A DNA stretch of 64,000 bases from Azolla caroliniana. Lineage: Eukaryota > Plantae > Polypodiophyta. Positions 26,446-39,300 of this stretch are shown here, piece by piece. Positions within the stretch are counted from its first letter, which is position 1. Each line of letters starts with the position of its first letter. The stretch is taken from contig JBHGNT010000006.1 of NCBI GenBank assembly GCA_043228905.1, positions 11,594,001 to 11,658,000 of the forward strand, in the 5' to 3' direction. The position numbers were made by a program, and so were the translations under genes. The notes under the pieces were generated by a model, which worked only from the letters and a program-made list of their open reading frames with translations, made no database searches and was not told where the DNA came from.

Positions 26446-29400
26446 TGTAAAGAATCGGTGGTGATTCTTGTGCAGCAGAATAAAGTAGAGATATGTGTTG
26501 TGAGTGTGTGTGTATGAGAGAGAGAGAGAGAGAGAAACACGAGATAGATAGATTTTTAACAAGAATAGAATACTCAAGACAATGTATATTACAAAGGAGA
26601 TTAACCGAACTTCTTACAAAGTAGGAGGAGAGTGCTTTATATAGTCACTCTCTCTCTTCATTAACTACCGAAGCTCATGGGTCATGGGGAATGTGAAAGC
26701 TCATTAGTTATGTGTCATAGAATATGATTCTATGACACATAGTTAATGTGTAGATAAGAGTGGTGACTTTTGGCCTTTGAGTGCACACTCTCAAGGGTGT
26801 GTTCACACACTAGATTTGGTTGAGCTTGATTCTCAACACGCCCCCTCAAGCTTCGTATCCGGTTCGGATGGTATCTGGTACATCCGACTCATACTCCCCC
26901 TCAAGCTTGGCAAGTCAAGGACCGTCAACCGAAGGTCTGACAGGAATTGCCGAAGCTTGTCGGCTCCTAGGGCTTTGGTGAAGATGTCGGCTGTCTGAAG
27001 ATTCGTAGACATATGTTGAAGGTCGACATCGCCGGCCTGAACACATTCTCGAATGAAGTGATAGTGCACTTCGATATGCTTCGTGTGTGCGTGGAACACC
27101 GGGTTCCGAGCTAGATAAATATTGCTCATGTTGACACAGTAAAGGATAATCGGATCTTTGATGGGAACGCCTAGATCCTTTAATATCCACTTGAGCCATA
27201 CGGCTTCACATGCAGCCACCGCCGCGCCCCTGTATTCGGCCTCTGTGCTCAAAAGAGTGACAATTGGTTGCTTCTTGCTACTCCAGGACATGGCTCCACT
27301 TCCGAGGGAGAAGACAAAACCAGAGGTTGCCCAGCCGGCATTTGTGTACCCCTCGAGTTGAATTGGCATGGCCGACTTATAGAGAATGCCATAGTCCATC
27401 GTTCTGCTCACGTATCGTAGCACTCTCTTAGCACAATCCCAATGGATATCTCGTGGCGTTTGCATGAACTGGCTAAGAAGGCCGACCGGATAGCTCAGGT
27501 CTGGTCGAGTGATCGTGAGGTAGATAAGACTACCGATCAGTTGTCGATACTGAGTTAGCTCACACTCTGTGGTGCCAGAATTGGCATCTAGTTTGAGGTT
27601 TCGGTCGAGGGGTGTTGCCACAGACTTGCACTTAGTCATCCCGAACTTGTATAACAAGTTGAGAATGTAGTGCCGTTGGGAGATCATAATCCCAACTGGA
27701 GTGCGAATTACCTCGATGCCAAGGAAGTAGTGGAGCTCTTTCATGTCCGTCATCTCGAATTTGTTGGAAAGGAGGGATTTGACCTTGTTGATGTCGATTA
27801 GATGCTCACCTTCAATGACCAGATCATCCACGTACAGGATGATGATGATCGGACTTTCGGAATCGCTTCTTACATAGAGAGAATTGTCGGATTTTGACAT
27901 TCGGAAGCCGATTCGATGAAGATATTGTGTTCTCTTTGAGTGTCAAGAACATGGTGCTTGCTTAAGGCCGTAGAGAGGCTTCTTGAGTCGGCATATGGCT
28001 TTCGAATGAATGTTGGATTCGACGCCGGGTGGTTGTACCATGTACACCTCCTCTTCTAATTCGTCGAGCGTTCTTGACATCCATCTAGTGGAGGTGCCAC
28101 TCTTTCGTTGCTGCAAGCGCTATCACGGTTCGCACGGTTGTCATCGTTGCCACCGGGGCAAAGGTCTCTTCATAGTCGACACCCTGTGTTTGTGCGTAGC
28201 CCTTTGCTACGAGTCGAGCTTTGTAGCGGTTGACAGAACCGTCGGCATTATACTTCACTTTGTATATCCATTTGCAGCCGATTTCCTTCTTGTGCAGTGA
28301 GTGAGGGACGAGATCCCATGTCTCATTCATGCTGAGAGCTTGCATCTCGTCGTTCATCGCTTTGACCCATCGAGGATCTTTAGCGGCTTCGGCAAGGCTC
28401 TCCGGTTCTCGTACTGCTGCCACCTTCATCATAAAGGCATAGTGGTATGCCATATAGTCGTTGTAGCCGAATCGACTAACCGGATTCTTCTCTCGTGTGG
28501 AGTGACGGAGTTTCTCATTTGCCGATGTGAGTGCTTTCTCAACTCCGGGTGACCTCATAAGAGGCAAATCAAAGCCATCGAACTCACTATTGAGTGAATG
28601 ATTCAATTCGTTGCCATCGAAGTGATCGTTCTCATATTCCAGCATTTTGGCCTTCCCTTTGTCCATCTTTGAACTTGGCTGAGATGAGCTTTGGTTTCTC
28701 GAAGGCTCTTGTGGTCCACTCAATCTAGTTGAGATCGGACTCTCTTTGAGTATTGACCTTAGTTGATCATCGTCTTCTGTGTTGTCGAGGTCGTTCGTAG
28801 ATGGTTCGGGAGGAGTCGGCTCGGGTTTGTACCATGATGTCGATTCGTCGAAGACGACATCCCAACTTACACGAGTCTTCCGAGTGTTACCGACTAGGAA
28901 TACGGTCTACGGTCAGTCCTTCAACCTAGACTTCCAAGTGACGGTGTGACAACTAATGGTAGCGGAGCACGCGTAATACTTAGTGGGATATTCCTCGTGA
29001 CCTAACAGCGTATAAGGGAGATGGCTACAACTGAGCTCGTTTGACAGTGGGTTAGTGCACACACTGTTACTTCCTCCTACGCTCTCAGGTGTTATAGACC
29101 CACAGTAGATTAGCCGTAGCTACACATAGATATCAGAGAAGATAGAACTCTATTACAATATGCCTCTTACATTCAAAATTACACGCTACCTCTATCAGTG
29201 GTTTTCTACCCTTTATATACGTAGGTCTTTTAGCCCTTCACACTTCCCGCGTGAACCGTTACATGCGTTACAATATTATACTATTCCGTATTCTTGCGCT
29301 ATTGTCCATCGGTTACTATTCCAGCGGACAACACTGAGTAGAGGGGTTGAAGCACTTATACCCCTTTTGCTCCTATGAGTACCCCACCAGGATGCACTTC

Positions 29401-32092
29401 TCTGATTTTGGGTCAAGCTTCTGCCGCTTCTCATTGGGAATGTGCATGTATGAAATGGAGCCGAATATCCTTACATGGGATAGATCCGGCTTCTTCCCAT
29501 AGTATTTCTCGTGCGGGGTGACCTCCTGCACTCCGGATGTTGTGCACCGGTTCATGAGGTAGACGACAGTATTTGCAGCTTCTGCCCAATATGACTTGGG
29601 CATATGCTTCTCATTTAGCATGGCCCTTGCTACTTCGAGGATGTGCCGATTCTTGTGTTCGGTTACACCGTTATGTTGTGGTGTGTGTCGTCAAGTGAAT
29701 TCTTGTTGAATTCCTTCTTGTCGAAGGTATGCCGTGAACGCATCGGAGAAGTATTCCTTTCCTCCGTCTGACCGAAGACATCGTACATGATGCCCAGTTG
29801 TCTTTTCGACTTCGCTTTTGAATTTTTGGAAGTGTGTAAACACTTCGCTCTTCATCCTCATGGGAAAGATCCATGTGTATCTAGAGAAGTCGTCGATGAA
29901 GGTAACATAGTACCGACATCCTCCGAACGTAGCCGTCTATGCCGGTCCCCACACATCCGAGTGGACTACGTCCAATAGGCCTTTGCTCACGTTCCTCTCC
30001 TTCGGGAACGGGTGTCGATGTTGCTTGCCGAATTGGCATGCTTCACATACTCCTTCAATCTCTTTCTCTTTGAAAGTCGGGAGCCCAATGATGACTCCTT
30101 TCGATTGCATCGCCTTGAGTTTGTTGAGATTGATATGGCCGATTCTTTTATGCCATAGCTCTATGTCGGTGTTGTGTTTGAGGCCCTTTGCAAACATGGG
30201 CGATTTTACCTCGTTCGCTTCGAGGATAAACATTTGGCCTTCCCTTCGACCACGAGCAATTAGTCAACCTTCCTTCTCGATGAAGCAACCTCCTTGGTTG
30301 AATCGAACTTCCATCCCTTGCTCCACAATTTGGCCGACCGAGACCAAATTCTTCGTTATGGTGGGTACATGTAAGACATTTTTTATGCAAGTTTGTTCAC
30401 CTTCTTTCCCGAATGGGACATTGCCGACATGCCGAATCGGATGAGTGGTGTCGTCTCCGGTCTCAACATAACCGGGTCAATCCGGCTCTCAAAGGTCTTT
30501 GAACCATTCTTGATGGGACGTCATATGGTTCGAAGCACCGGAGTCGAAGAACCATACATCTTCCGGATTGGAGGCATTAGTCGAAGTAGAGGCCGACATA
30601 GGATTTTCTCTATGTCTCATTACAAACATCCGCCATGATCTTCATAGTCAGAGTTGGTGGCGTAATTGATGAGTTGTCAGCTTGTGGAAGTCGACTCGCG
30701 CTTCTTCTTTCGGCACTCTTCTTCATGGTGGCCGATTTTTCCGCAATAACCGCATTCGATCGAATTTTGTCGACTCGAATTGGAATGGAAGCTCCCCCTT
30801 GTTCCGAAGGTTACTCGATGGTTTTCGTCTTGTTGCCGAATTTGGGAGTTGTTGTCGTAAGTCGAACCTCGTCCACCGCCTCGTCCTTGGCCGAATTGGC
30901 CTCTTGCTCGGCCACGTCCTCTTCCTCCATTCAAATGTGTGTAGAGCATGTGGCCTTCCGAGGTGTTGCTCCTTGTTCGAACATGATTCTCTTCAACCAA
31001 TAACATAGATTGAAGGTCAAAGAAAGAGGGAGGATTCTCCCTTCCCTAGGAGGACGGTTCTCATCGAGCCGAACCATGGTGCAAGGCCGCCGAGGCATAT
31101 TTGCACCATCTCATCATCATCCACATTGACGCTTATTGAGACGAGCGAGTCACAGAGCTCCTTAATCCTCAAGGCATAGCTTGTGATGGGCATGTCCCAT
31201 TGTTGGATGTTGTTCAACTCTTGGTGGAGTTGAAGCTTCCTTGCGGTCGTGTTGGCAGCGAAAATCTTTCGTAGATTTTCCCACGCTTCCTTCGGCGTCT
31301 TGGCTTCTCGAATGTAACCGAGCATGTGGCCATGAACACATGTCGCCAAGCAATACATTACTCGACTCGCCGCTTGCTCCCATGTTGAGTAGTCGGCGTC
31401 TTCCGGGTCGGGTCGGTTTTCTTGTGCTCCCTTGATGTAACCCCAATAGCCTTGGTCGACAGGGTATTGGTGCATCTTGTACTCCCAAGCTGCGAAGTTG
31501 TTTCGGTCCAACTTCTCGCTAGGGAGAGCGCTCCCCATTTGAGTATTCATGGAGTTCGGTGTAGATTTCTTCCTTCTTCTTCTCTCTTGAATATGAGCTA
31601 TGTAGTCACACTACGATAGTGATGAGCCGGTTCTTCTTGAACGTCGGCGTAGAGCTCAACACACGCGGATGGGCTAGATGGAGCTACCAGATCGCTCTGA
31701 TACCATGTAAAGAATCAGTGGTGATTCTTGTGCAGCGGAATAGACTAGAGATATGTGTTGTGAGTGTGTGTATGAGAGAGAGAGAGAGAAACACGCGATA
31801 GATAGATTTTTAACAAGAATAGAATACTCAAGTCAATGTATATTACAAAGGAGATTAACCAAACTTCTTACAAAGTAGGAGGAGAGTGCTTTATGTAGTC
31901 ACTCTCTCTCTTCATTAACTACCGAAGCTCATGGGTCATGGGGAATGTGAAAGCTCATTAGTTATGTGTCATAGAATATGATTCTATGACACATAGTTAA
32001 TGTGTAGATAAGAGTGGTGACTTTTGGCCTTTGAGTGCACACTCTCAAGGGTGTGTTCACACACTAGACTAGGTTGAGCTTGATTCTCAACA
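26446..32092 (-). mobile_element. Copia element C (B family) inserted in the 3' LTR of A
   Basis: LTRs 26446-26838 and 31706-32092; PBS-Met complement GCTCTGATACCA before 31706; perfect TSD TGTCT/TGTCT; disrupted gag-pol ORFs. Confidence 0.95.
28885..29333. mobile_element. Solo LTR (449 bp) inserted in the integrase region of C
   Basis: TGTTA...CAACA ends; TSD CCGAG/CTGAG; the copia coding sequence resumes on both sides. Confidence 0.8.
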
Positions 32093-33092
32093 TGTCTCTT
32101 TACTTGTGTTTTCTTCATTCTCGTTTTTTTGTCTATGCATTATACAAGCAACCAGTCGCAACCGGTTCCGATCCTAACACCCAGGTGGTTGAGCAAGAAG
32201 AGGACATGGAAGTAGGTCCCCAAAAGGCCTTAGAATGAGAGCTTAAGATCAAAATAGTTGAGCAAGAGACTAAGGTGGAAGGACCCCCCCTAAGAACCAG
32301 AAAACACGATTGAGAACGAGACAAAGGCGGACACTATCAAGTTGGTTGAGCAAGAAGAGAAACATAGATCCCAAAGAACCTTGGAACAAGAACTCGAGAT
32401 CAAGGTGGAGGAACAAGAGGTGAAATTGGAGGGATCCCCCCAAGGAACCATTGTTGAGCAGACAAGCTCAACATGATCCGGATCCGCTGAATAAGCCAGT
32501 GCCGGATCGGTATCCGAAACGAAGGGATGTATCGGTGTCCAAATCTTCGTGTAATCGGTAGGCCATTACAGGCCTACGATCCTAGCCTAGTAATTAGGAA
32601 TATTTTTAGGAGTCAGTGTCAATAGCTCGGTATGAGCATTGAAGTACATGTTAGTACTTATGTCAGTCCTTTTAAGGACTTGTATAAAAGTGCTCACTGA
32701 GCACATTGTATGCACATAGTGTTTATTATTTTTGAAATTGAGTTTACATTCTACTCTCTCTGTCTCTCCCGCGTATTGTGTATTCTCAAGCTTTCCATTA
32801 AACCTTATCTCGGTTTTCTATTGCTATCTGGCTGAGCCGGTTTGTTTAAGCTTTCGTACATTAACTTTCACATGGTATCCGAGCGCGAGGGTTAAAAATC
32901 CTCTACTGCCGGCAGAAAGCCCTGGATAGACGAAAACCTAATTTCCAGTAAAGAACAGATAGAAGAAGGAAATGGACAGAGGAATGGTTAGCTCGCTTTT
33001 GACGGAGAAGCTCGATAGAAGCAACTATGCATCTTGGTCCTACAAGATGCACCAGTACCTATTGGCGCACAATTACTAGAGTTATGTTGAAG

Positions 33093-33125
33093 AACACCGG
33101 GTCATTTGAAACAGGTAATATGTCG
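33093..33125 (+). repeat. Left terminal inverted repeat
   Basis: Exact reverse complement of 40705-40737. Confidence 0.95.
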
Positions 33126-33419
33126 CATTATGAGAACACTACGTCGAAAAAGGGCACAAAAGCACGCAGTTTTCAAAAAGACACGACGCATGCGTAAAGC
33201 TTTTCAAAAAAGGTGGCAAAATATATTGAATTTCAACATGACTACCACTTTGAGTCATAAGTAAAATGCCTCCAAAAATACATCACCAAAATTACAAAAT
33301 AATGTACAACATGTCTACCAGTTACAATTATACATATTCGTGAGTTTACATCCAAAACAAATTTACAAAGCTTCCGATCATGTAGTAAAACAATCCCCAG
33401 CTTGAACCAAACCAATATA

Positions 33420-36092
33420 TTAAGACATGTCTGATGGACTAGAAGAGCATTCTGACGTCTCATCCTCATCATCAGTGGCAATCAAAGCATTATCCTCATC
33501 CAATTCCAACCCAACATCTTTGTGGTTATGAGAATTGCTTCTGGTTATTCTCTGTATTTCGTTTGACACCATGTTTGGGATTTTCTCCTTTATTATCTTG
33601 ATAGTTGCTTGTCTTAGATGACCTGATTTTGTCAATGAGAAGTCATATACTAGTATGTCAACACGGTCTAGTGCGAGAGTAGCCGTGCTCGGTATATTCT
33701 TTCTTCTTCTCTTTCTGCTTGAACATCCGACATCCTTAACCATCTCTAAAGAATACTTTCCTGTAAATGCATCAGTTGAATTTGTCTGATACCAATGGAC
33801 TACTATTGACTTTGTCTGACTACTTTCTTCATCCCTTACTAATTCAATAATTTTTGCAATCCAAAATGGATGGCCCAAGGTATCGTCCCCTGCTAATGTT
33901 GCAACCAACATTCCCACTTGTAGTTCTTGCAAATTCCCTTGCCATCTTGCCTCAACAGTACGTGACTTTCTTGGTCCCACATAAATATCTCTTTGCAGTG
34001 GCCGAACTAAATCATGAAGCTCCATATTATTCGATTGTTGGTGATGAGTCTGTGATATCATTGATGTCATCCCAATGTTCCATGTGAATGGGATACGGAT
34101 TGGCCATAAACCGGCGATGTAATTATCTAAAATGGTGCGTTGATGGGTGAAGAAAATCTCCCACCATTCAACATCCTCATCACCGGCATACTTCTTAGTC
34201 CGAACAATATTATTTTGTTTCTCTACTAGACATCTCAACCAATATGCCCTTTGTTCATCAATAGTACTATTTGGTGCTACATTTTTACGATCATCATATG
34301 GCATTTGTTGTGCACCATGTAGAGGTTCATCTGGGATATGAAGAAGGAGCCTACAACCTTCTTGGGGCTCCCATTGTGCACTAGATGAGTATTGTTTCGC
34401 AAACAACACCGTCATCTTCAGGTGGGCCGATCTTTGTTTTATGAGGAAGACATGGTTGAAACTTATATTATTAAGAGGTGCAAGCACCCTACCTTTAGTC
34501 CCGTCACTATCCATGCAGAAATGTTTAAAGTCGTATACTTCTTCCAAGTGTTGTACTTCAGGCTTTGGTGTATATGTTTCACTAATCAATTTGGATAGCG
34601 TGGGAAGTGTGAAAGCATTACAGCGAGCAAGTTTCTTTGAGAACCTACTGAACATTTGATCAATGTGATCATGGGTATGACCAACCAACAAGAAGTTAAC
34701 CCTTATCTTTTTAAATATGCCCCTCTCTACTAGCATGCTTAGATAGCCGAAGACAGTTGAGTTCTTATTCTCTCTTGCTGTGTTGTCTAGTTGCACATAT
34801 AGAACTTGCGGGAGTATACCTGACCATGATTGCAATACCCTGTGCATGACAGTGACAGTAAGATTAGGGTCGTTGTGGATATTGGGATAAGTTAAGAACA
34901 CTTGCGGTCTTATAGTTTGACAGTATGTCAAACAACCCACTAGATGCATTTGCATGAGACACTCATCTCCAATATCCTTGGGGAGTCTTTGAAAATGCGG
35001 CAAACAAGTTTTCTTTTGATCCATGCCGTCAATAATCATGCACATATACTTTTCGGGAGATTGAAACGCTTTTTGTCGGTGATGCATAGCCTTAGTACGT
35101 TCCAATGCCTGACTTTCATGATGTTCTTTTAACAGGTTCTTGTAATTCTTGATCTCTACATCTGATTTTCCACCCTTGGCCATACTTTTTAAACTCGCAC
35201 ATATTGAGCAGACTCCCATTCGCACCTTTCGTGGGATAACCACGTTATTAAATTGTAACCTCCATAGTCGATTAAAATGCCTGTACTGTATGTAAGGCTC
35301 AACATCGGAAGACATGTCGTCCTTGTACGATTGGTAAACTTCCCTTCGAGTAAAGTTATCTGACAAATGAAGTCTTCCTGTCGTTGGCATAACTTCGCAC
35401 TATTTTGAAAAATATACCTCCATCCACCTAATTGCCTGTTGCCCAATTTGACCCTTACATCCAGAACCATTTTGATCGAACTGTACCCAGGAGCCCTTCA
35501 CAAGTCGCTCTTGAACTCGTTGCAGCCGCATATTTCCAATGCTATGAGTGATTTTAAAAGCTGCTCAACAACACTTGGTATATAGTCCAAGGAAATATTC
35601 AACTTGCGTTGAATTAGGCCCTGCTTTGTGATCCAATTTAAGTTGCATATGCGAAAGAAGAAATGTATCTTGCTCTTCCCCATTAAGCGACAAGTATTTT
35701 TGTCGTGTTTCACGTAACCTTGACTTTCCATAAGTTGATAGACAGAGATTTGCACAACACGATTTGTTCAAGTCGCATAGAAGTTGACGATCAGAACATA
35801 AGAAATTAAATCTCGTTTCACTAACTTGTTGAGGAACTCTTTTAAATGCTAGAGGTTTAGTAATGTTATTGTTATCTATCGATGAAGAATCGTCCGCTTG
35901 TAATCTTGCATGAAGAGGGCCATCAACAGGATCAATTGAAAACAGAGAATTCGAAGTACTAGGAGCCACACTTTTCTGTTTAAGCCGCGAATGTTTTTTG
36001 TGGTCGTACTCTTCTATTGAGAAATACGAGTTGTCTGACAATGAAAAGGGGGCAATAGAAAAAAGAGATATTCTACTTGTAGAAGAAGACAT
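33420..36092 (-). pseudogene. Sola-like (DUF7869-type) DDD transposase, ~890 codons with two in-frame stops
   Basis: ORFs 35565-36092 and 33420-35390 share a frame, interrupted by TGA (35565-35567) and TAG (35400-35402). Motifs IIDGMDQKK, QLDNTARENKN and FLLVGHTHDHIDQMFS; N-terminal Cys clusters. Confidence 0.8.
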
Positions 36093-36302
36093 TTGAGGGA
36101 GTCTAACTGTATTCTAAAACCTTCTTTTAAGAAAATTAAGGAATACTGAAGCCTAACTATATAACTACCCGAACACTTAGATTAACTATATTATTTTCCG
36201 AAATTTTCCTAAAAAACAAATAATTAAAAATTATTTTTTATTTCGAAAAGAATGCTAAAGTCTTCTATATAAGGAGGTTAGAAATTTCATTTTCATTATC
36301 AC
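36093..36302. promoter_or_regulatory. Putative divergent promoter between transposase and methyltransferase genes
   Basis: 210-bp AT-rich gap between head-to-head ATGs; TATATAA at 36266-36272 and TATATA at 36158-36163. Confidence 0.5.
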
Positions 36303-39300
36303 ATGAAAGAATCCATCGAGCTCAGAGCACAGGCCAATTTTCGAGCACTCAGAAGCACATCGTGGACAGCACTACCTCCGGCACGAACCATGAACACGGG
36401 AAAGAAAATCATCAGGTTAGTAATATTCATTACATTTTTTAAGATTCCTAAAGATTCCTTAAAGATTTCTTTCCTCAACACATAGAAATTTTATTTTATT
36501 TTGTACAACGAACTTGGAAAGCAATTCTGAAAGCCAGGACCTTCAACCAAAATCTGATGCAGTGCATCGGATTTTGGTTGAAGGTCCTGCCTTTCAACGC
36601 AAATCCGATGCACTGCATCGGATTTTGGTTGAAAAAAATGTTGTTTTTGCGATAAAAAACTATCGCATGGGACCATAAAATTGACGTAATTTAAATGATA
36701 ATTTGCGTGATTTAGTTAAAATTGTACGTTGTTTCTATGTTTTCACCAACGTTTTTAATTTCAGTGAACCCAGACAAAAAGTTCCTTCATTTAGATTGAA
36801 GATTCGATCTCCGACAAAACGAGATTCTGGCTCCTTCATGAAGGACACGAGTAAAAAGAATTTATTTGACTCAACGGGGGAAGGAGGATCCAAGTCATCT
36901 GTGGCTACTACCAAAATCAACAAAGGTAGTACGCAAGAGGAGAAAACGGTTGAGGTGAAATATAAGGATTACCCCGAACTTGAATGGTGTCTCTCTTATG
37001 TCGAGGAGGATGGGGTGCTGTTATTGATAACGGCAAAATCGGACGGGGAAGGGAAACTTCAGCTTGGAAAAACATTTAATTACGGGCATGTAACCAAGCT
37101 AGAGTACGAAGACATTGACTCTACAAGTATTTTAATCGACGTCTCGAGCTCAGTTGGCAACAGGCGATTGCGACTTGATGAGGGAAACCTAGTACCCGAA
37201 TCTTGCAATCCCAAGGCTTTGCATAAAGACCTGCAAACGAAAAATAACTTGTTGGTAGCTCTTCGGCCGTACGTGACAGGAGAGATGATGACCGGTGAAG
37301 CAGAAACTCCACCGAAAAAGTCTAGGAAGACAAATCCTGTTCAAAAGAAATATACTAAACGACCACGACCCGAAGAAGAAGAAGAAGAAATATTAGAGTT
37401 CGTGGAAGAAGAAGACGACCAACAAGTCGACGTTGTGGCTCCAGGCGGACAACTATCTTCTGGTGTCCTGACGTCAGAACAAAATAAAATAAGAGAAAAT
37501 ATTGTGAAGACTAAACTTGTGCGCAGGGGCCAGCTATTTCATTTGCCCATTACTTCTATCCAAAGGCCCCCCATTGACCCCGTGACTGGAAGACGTCCCT
37601 TGAAAATTAGGGAGCCGCACTCCGTCCATGTGCAAAACCTGAAAAGCAAAATGAAAATCAATCCTCACGCTACTGTGGTGCCATTTTTGGTAATGGTTGA
37701 TCAAGAACAATGCCCAACAGTAGCAGATTTCAAGTATAGCTCTGTAGACGATTACACATACTATGTAATCGGAGGATCACATTCGGCCGAAGCTCGACGA
37801 CAGCTTGTCAAAGAATATCCTCTCACGCCGTTCTTCAAATACGTCGAATGTAAGGTATATGCAGGACTAACTCACGAGGAGGCGAAGCTGCTCGCATGGG
37901 ACCATAACAATGACAACGATTATAGGCAAAAGATGTCATGTATAGAGAGGATAAGATTTTTTCATCATGAATACCTCGATGCCTTGAATCGTTTTGGTCC
38001 AAGATTGTGGCCTGGATTGCGACGTCAGTGTTTATTGGAAGTAGGGATTGCAGTGGATGAGAGTACCAAATCCGAAGGTCTCCGAAAATATGATTCTTGG
38101 TTTCAACTAGCTTTTCGGACCGGAGAGGTGTGGGATCTCCAAGACAAAATATTCTCTATGTGGGAGAGGAAAGAAGTCAAGGGGCAAAGATCAAAAAAGG
38201 GAAGAATTGATCCACAAGTTGAGATGAAATCAAAGACCAAGGGAAAAGGCGACTTGGTAATCGAGGAGTTAGCAGAGGACATGAAACTTTTACCTTGGAG
38301 ATCATTACAAGGTATCAAAGATGATAGATTGTTAATATCTGTGCTATCTCGAGTGGTCGCCAAGGAATTTAGTTTGGACGAGATGGTAACAGACTTGCAA
38401 AAGTAAGTGTTTATAGTATACCTTTTCATGAAAGTCTTCAATGATTTTGAATATCTTATTTCTAATTTCATATTGATTGTGCAATCACAAGGTATACATG
38501 AAGATTCAGGAGTTGATGATGCAAAAACTGAGTTTACCGACATGGGAAGAAGTTGAACAAGCCTGCCCGATAACTTCTTCTTACAAGGCATTGGAGGAAT
38601 ATTTTATTGTATTTAGAGAATGGGTATGTGTCTTTTGAATGTTGACATGTTAGAAAGTAATGTTCCCTGCTAACAACAATGACACTTGCAGATACCATCA
38701 AAATCGAAAAAGAACAACGACAATAATGACGGTATTCCAGCGGCCTTCACCACGCACTTAGAACGTGCGAAATATGAGAAGAGAATGACCAAAGGGAAGG
38801 AAATGGAACTGCCCGAGGATTCGGAGACTGTAAAGAGTTTTTTGCATAGGTCTAATCCTTTCAAACAGCTTCATTATAGTGTTTTCAATGGCGAAGTATC
38901 CCAGATGCTCGAACTGTTACCAAGAAGGCACTACACTTTGCTGATAGCTGACATACCATATGGTTTCCGTATTGCAGGATCAACATATGATGATGTGCCT
39001 TTCAAGTACCCTCAAATCGAGAAAATGGTAAAGGATTTCGCAGAACTGACATTGGCCCCCTTGTGGAGGATAGTCATATTTCATAGCATGGGGCAATCAC
39101 TGTCAGTCACAACAGCTTTGAAGTCCCATTGTCATGCCACTGAACACATGCATTGGTGCGTTATAGTTCGCTTTTACTCATTACAGTACTTCTTATTATA
39201 TGTACACATTTACACCTCTAATACTTGATTTTCTTTCTCTATAGGATCAAAACAAATATTACACGTAGCCCTGGCGATCGAATGGTTAGTGCGGTCGAAC

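Larger units (their letters stand above)
16101..32179 (+). mobile_element. Copia element A (degenerate), host of B and C
   Basis: 5' LTR 16101-16621, PBS TAGTATCAGAGC 16625-16636, gag ATG 16638, gag-pol remnants 22373-26000. The 3' LTR (26016-32179) is split by C. TSD CCCAA/CCCAG. Confidence 0.9.
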
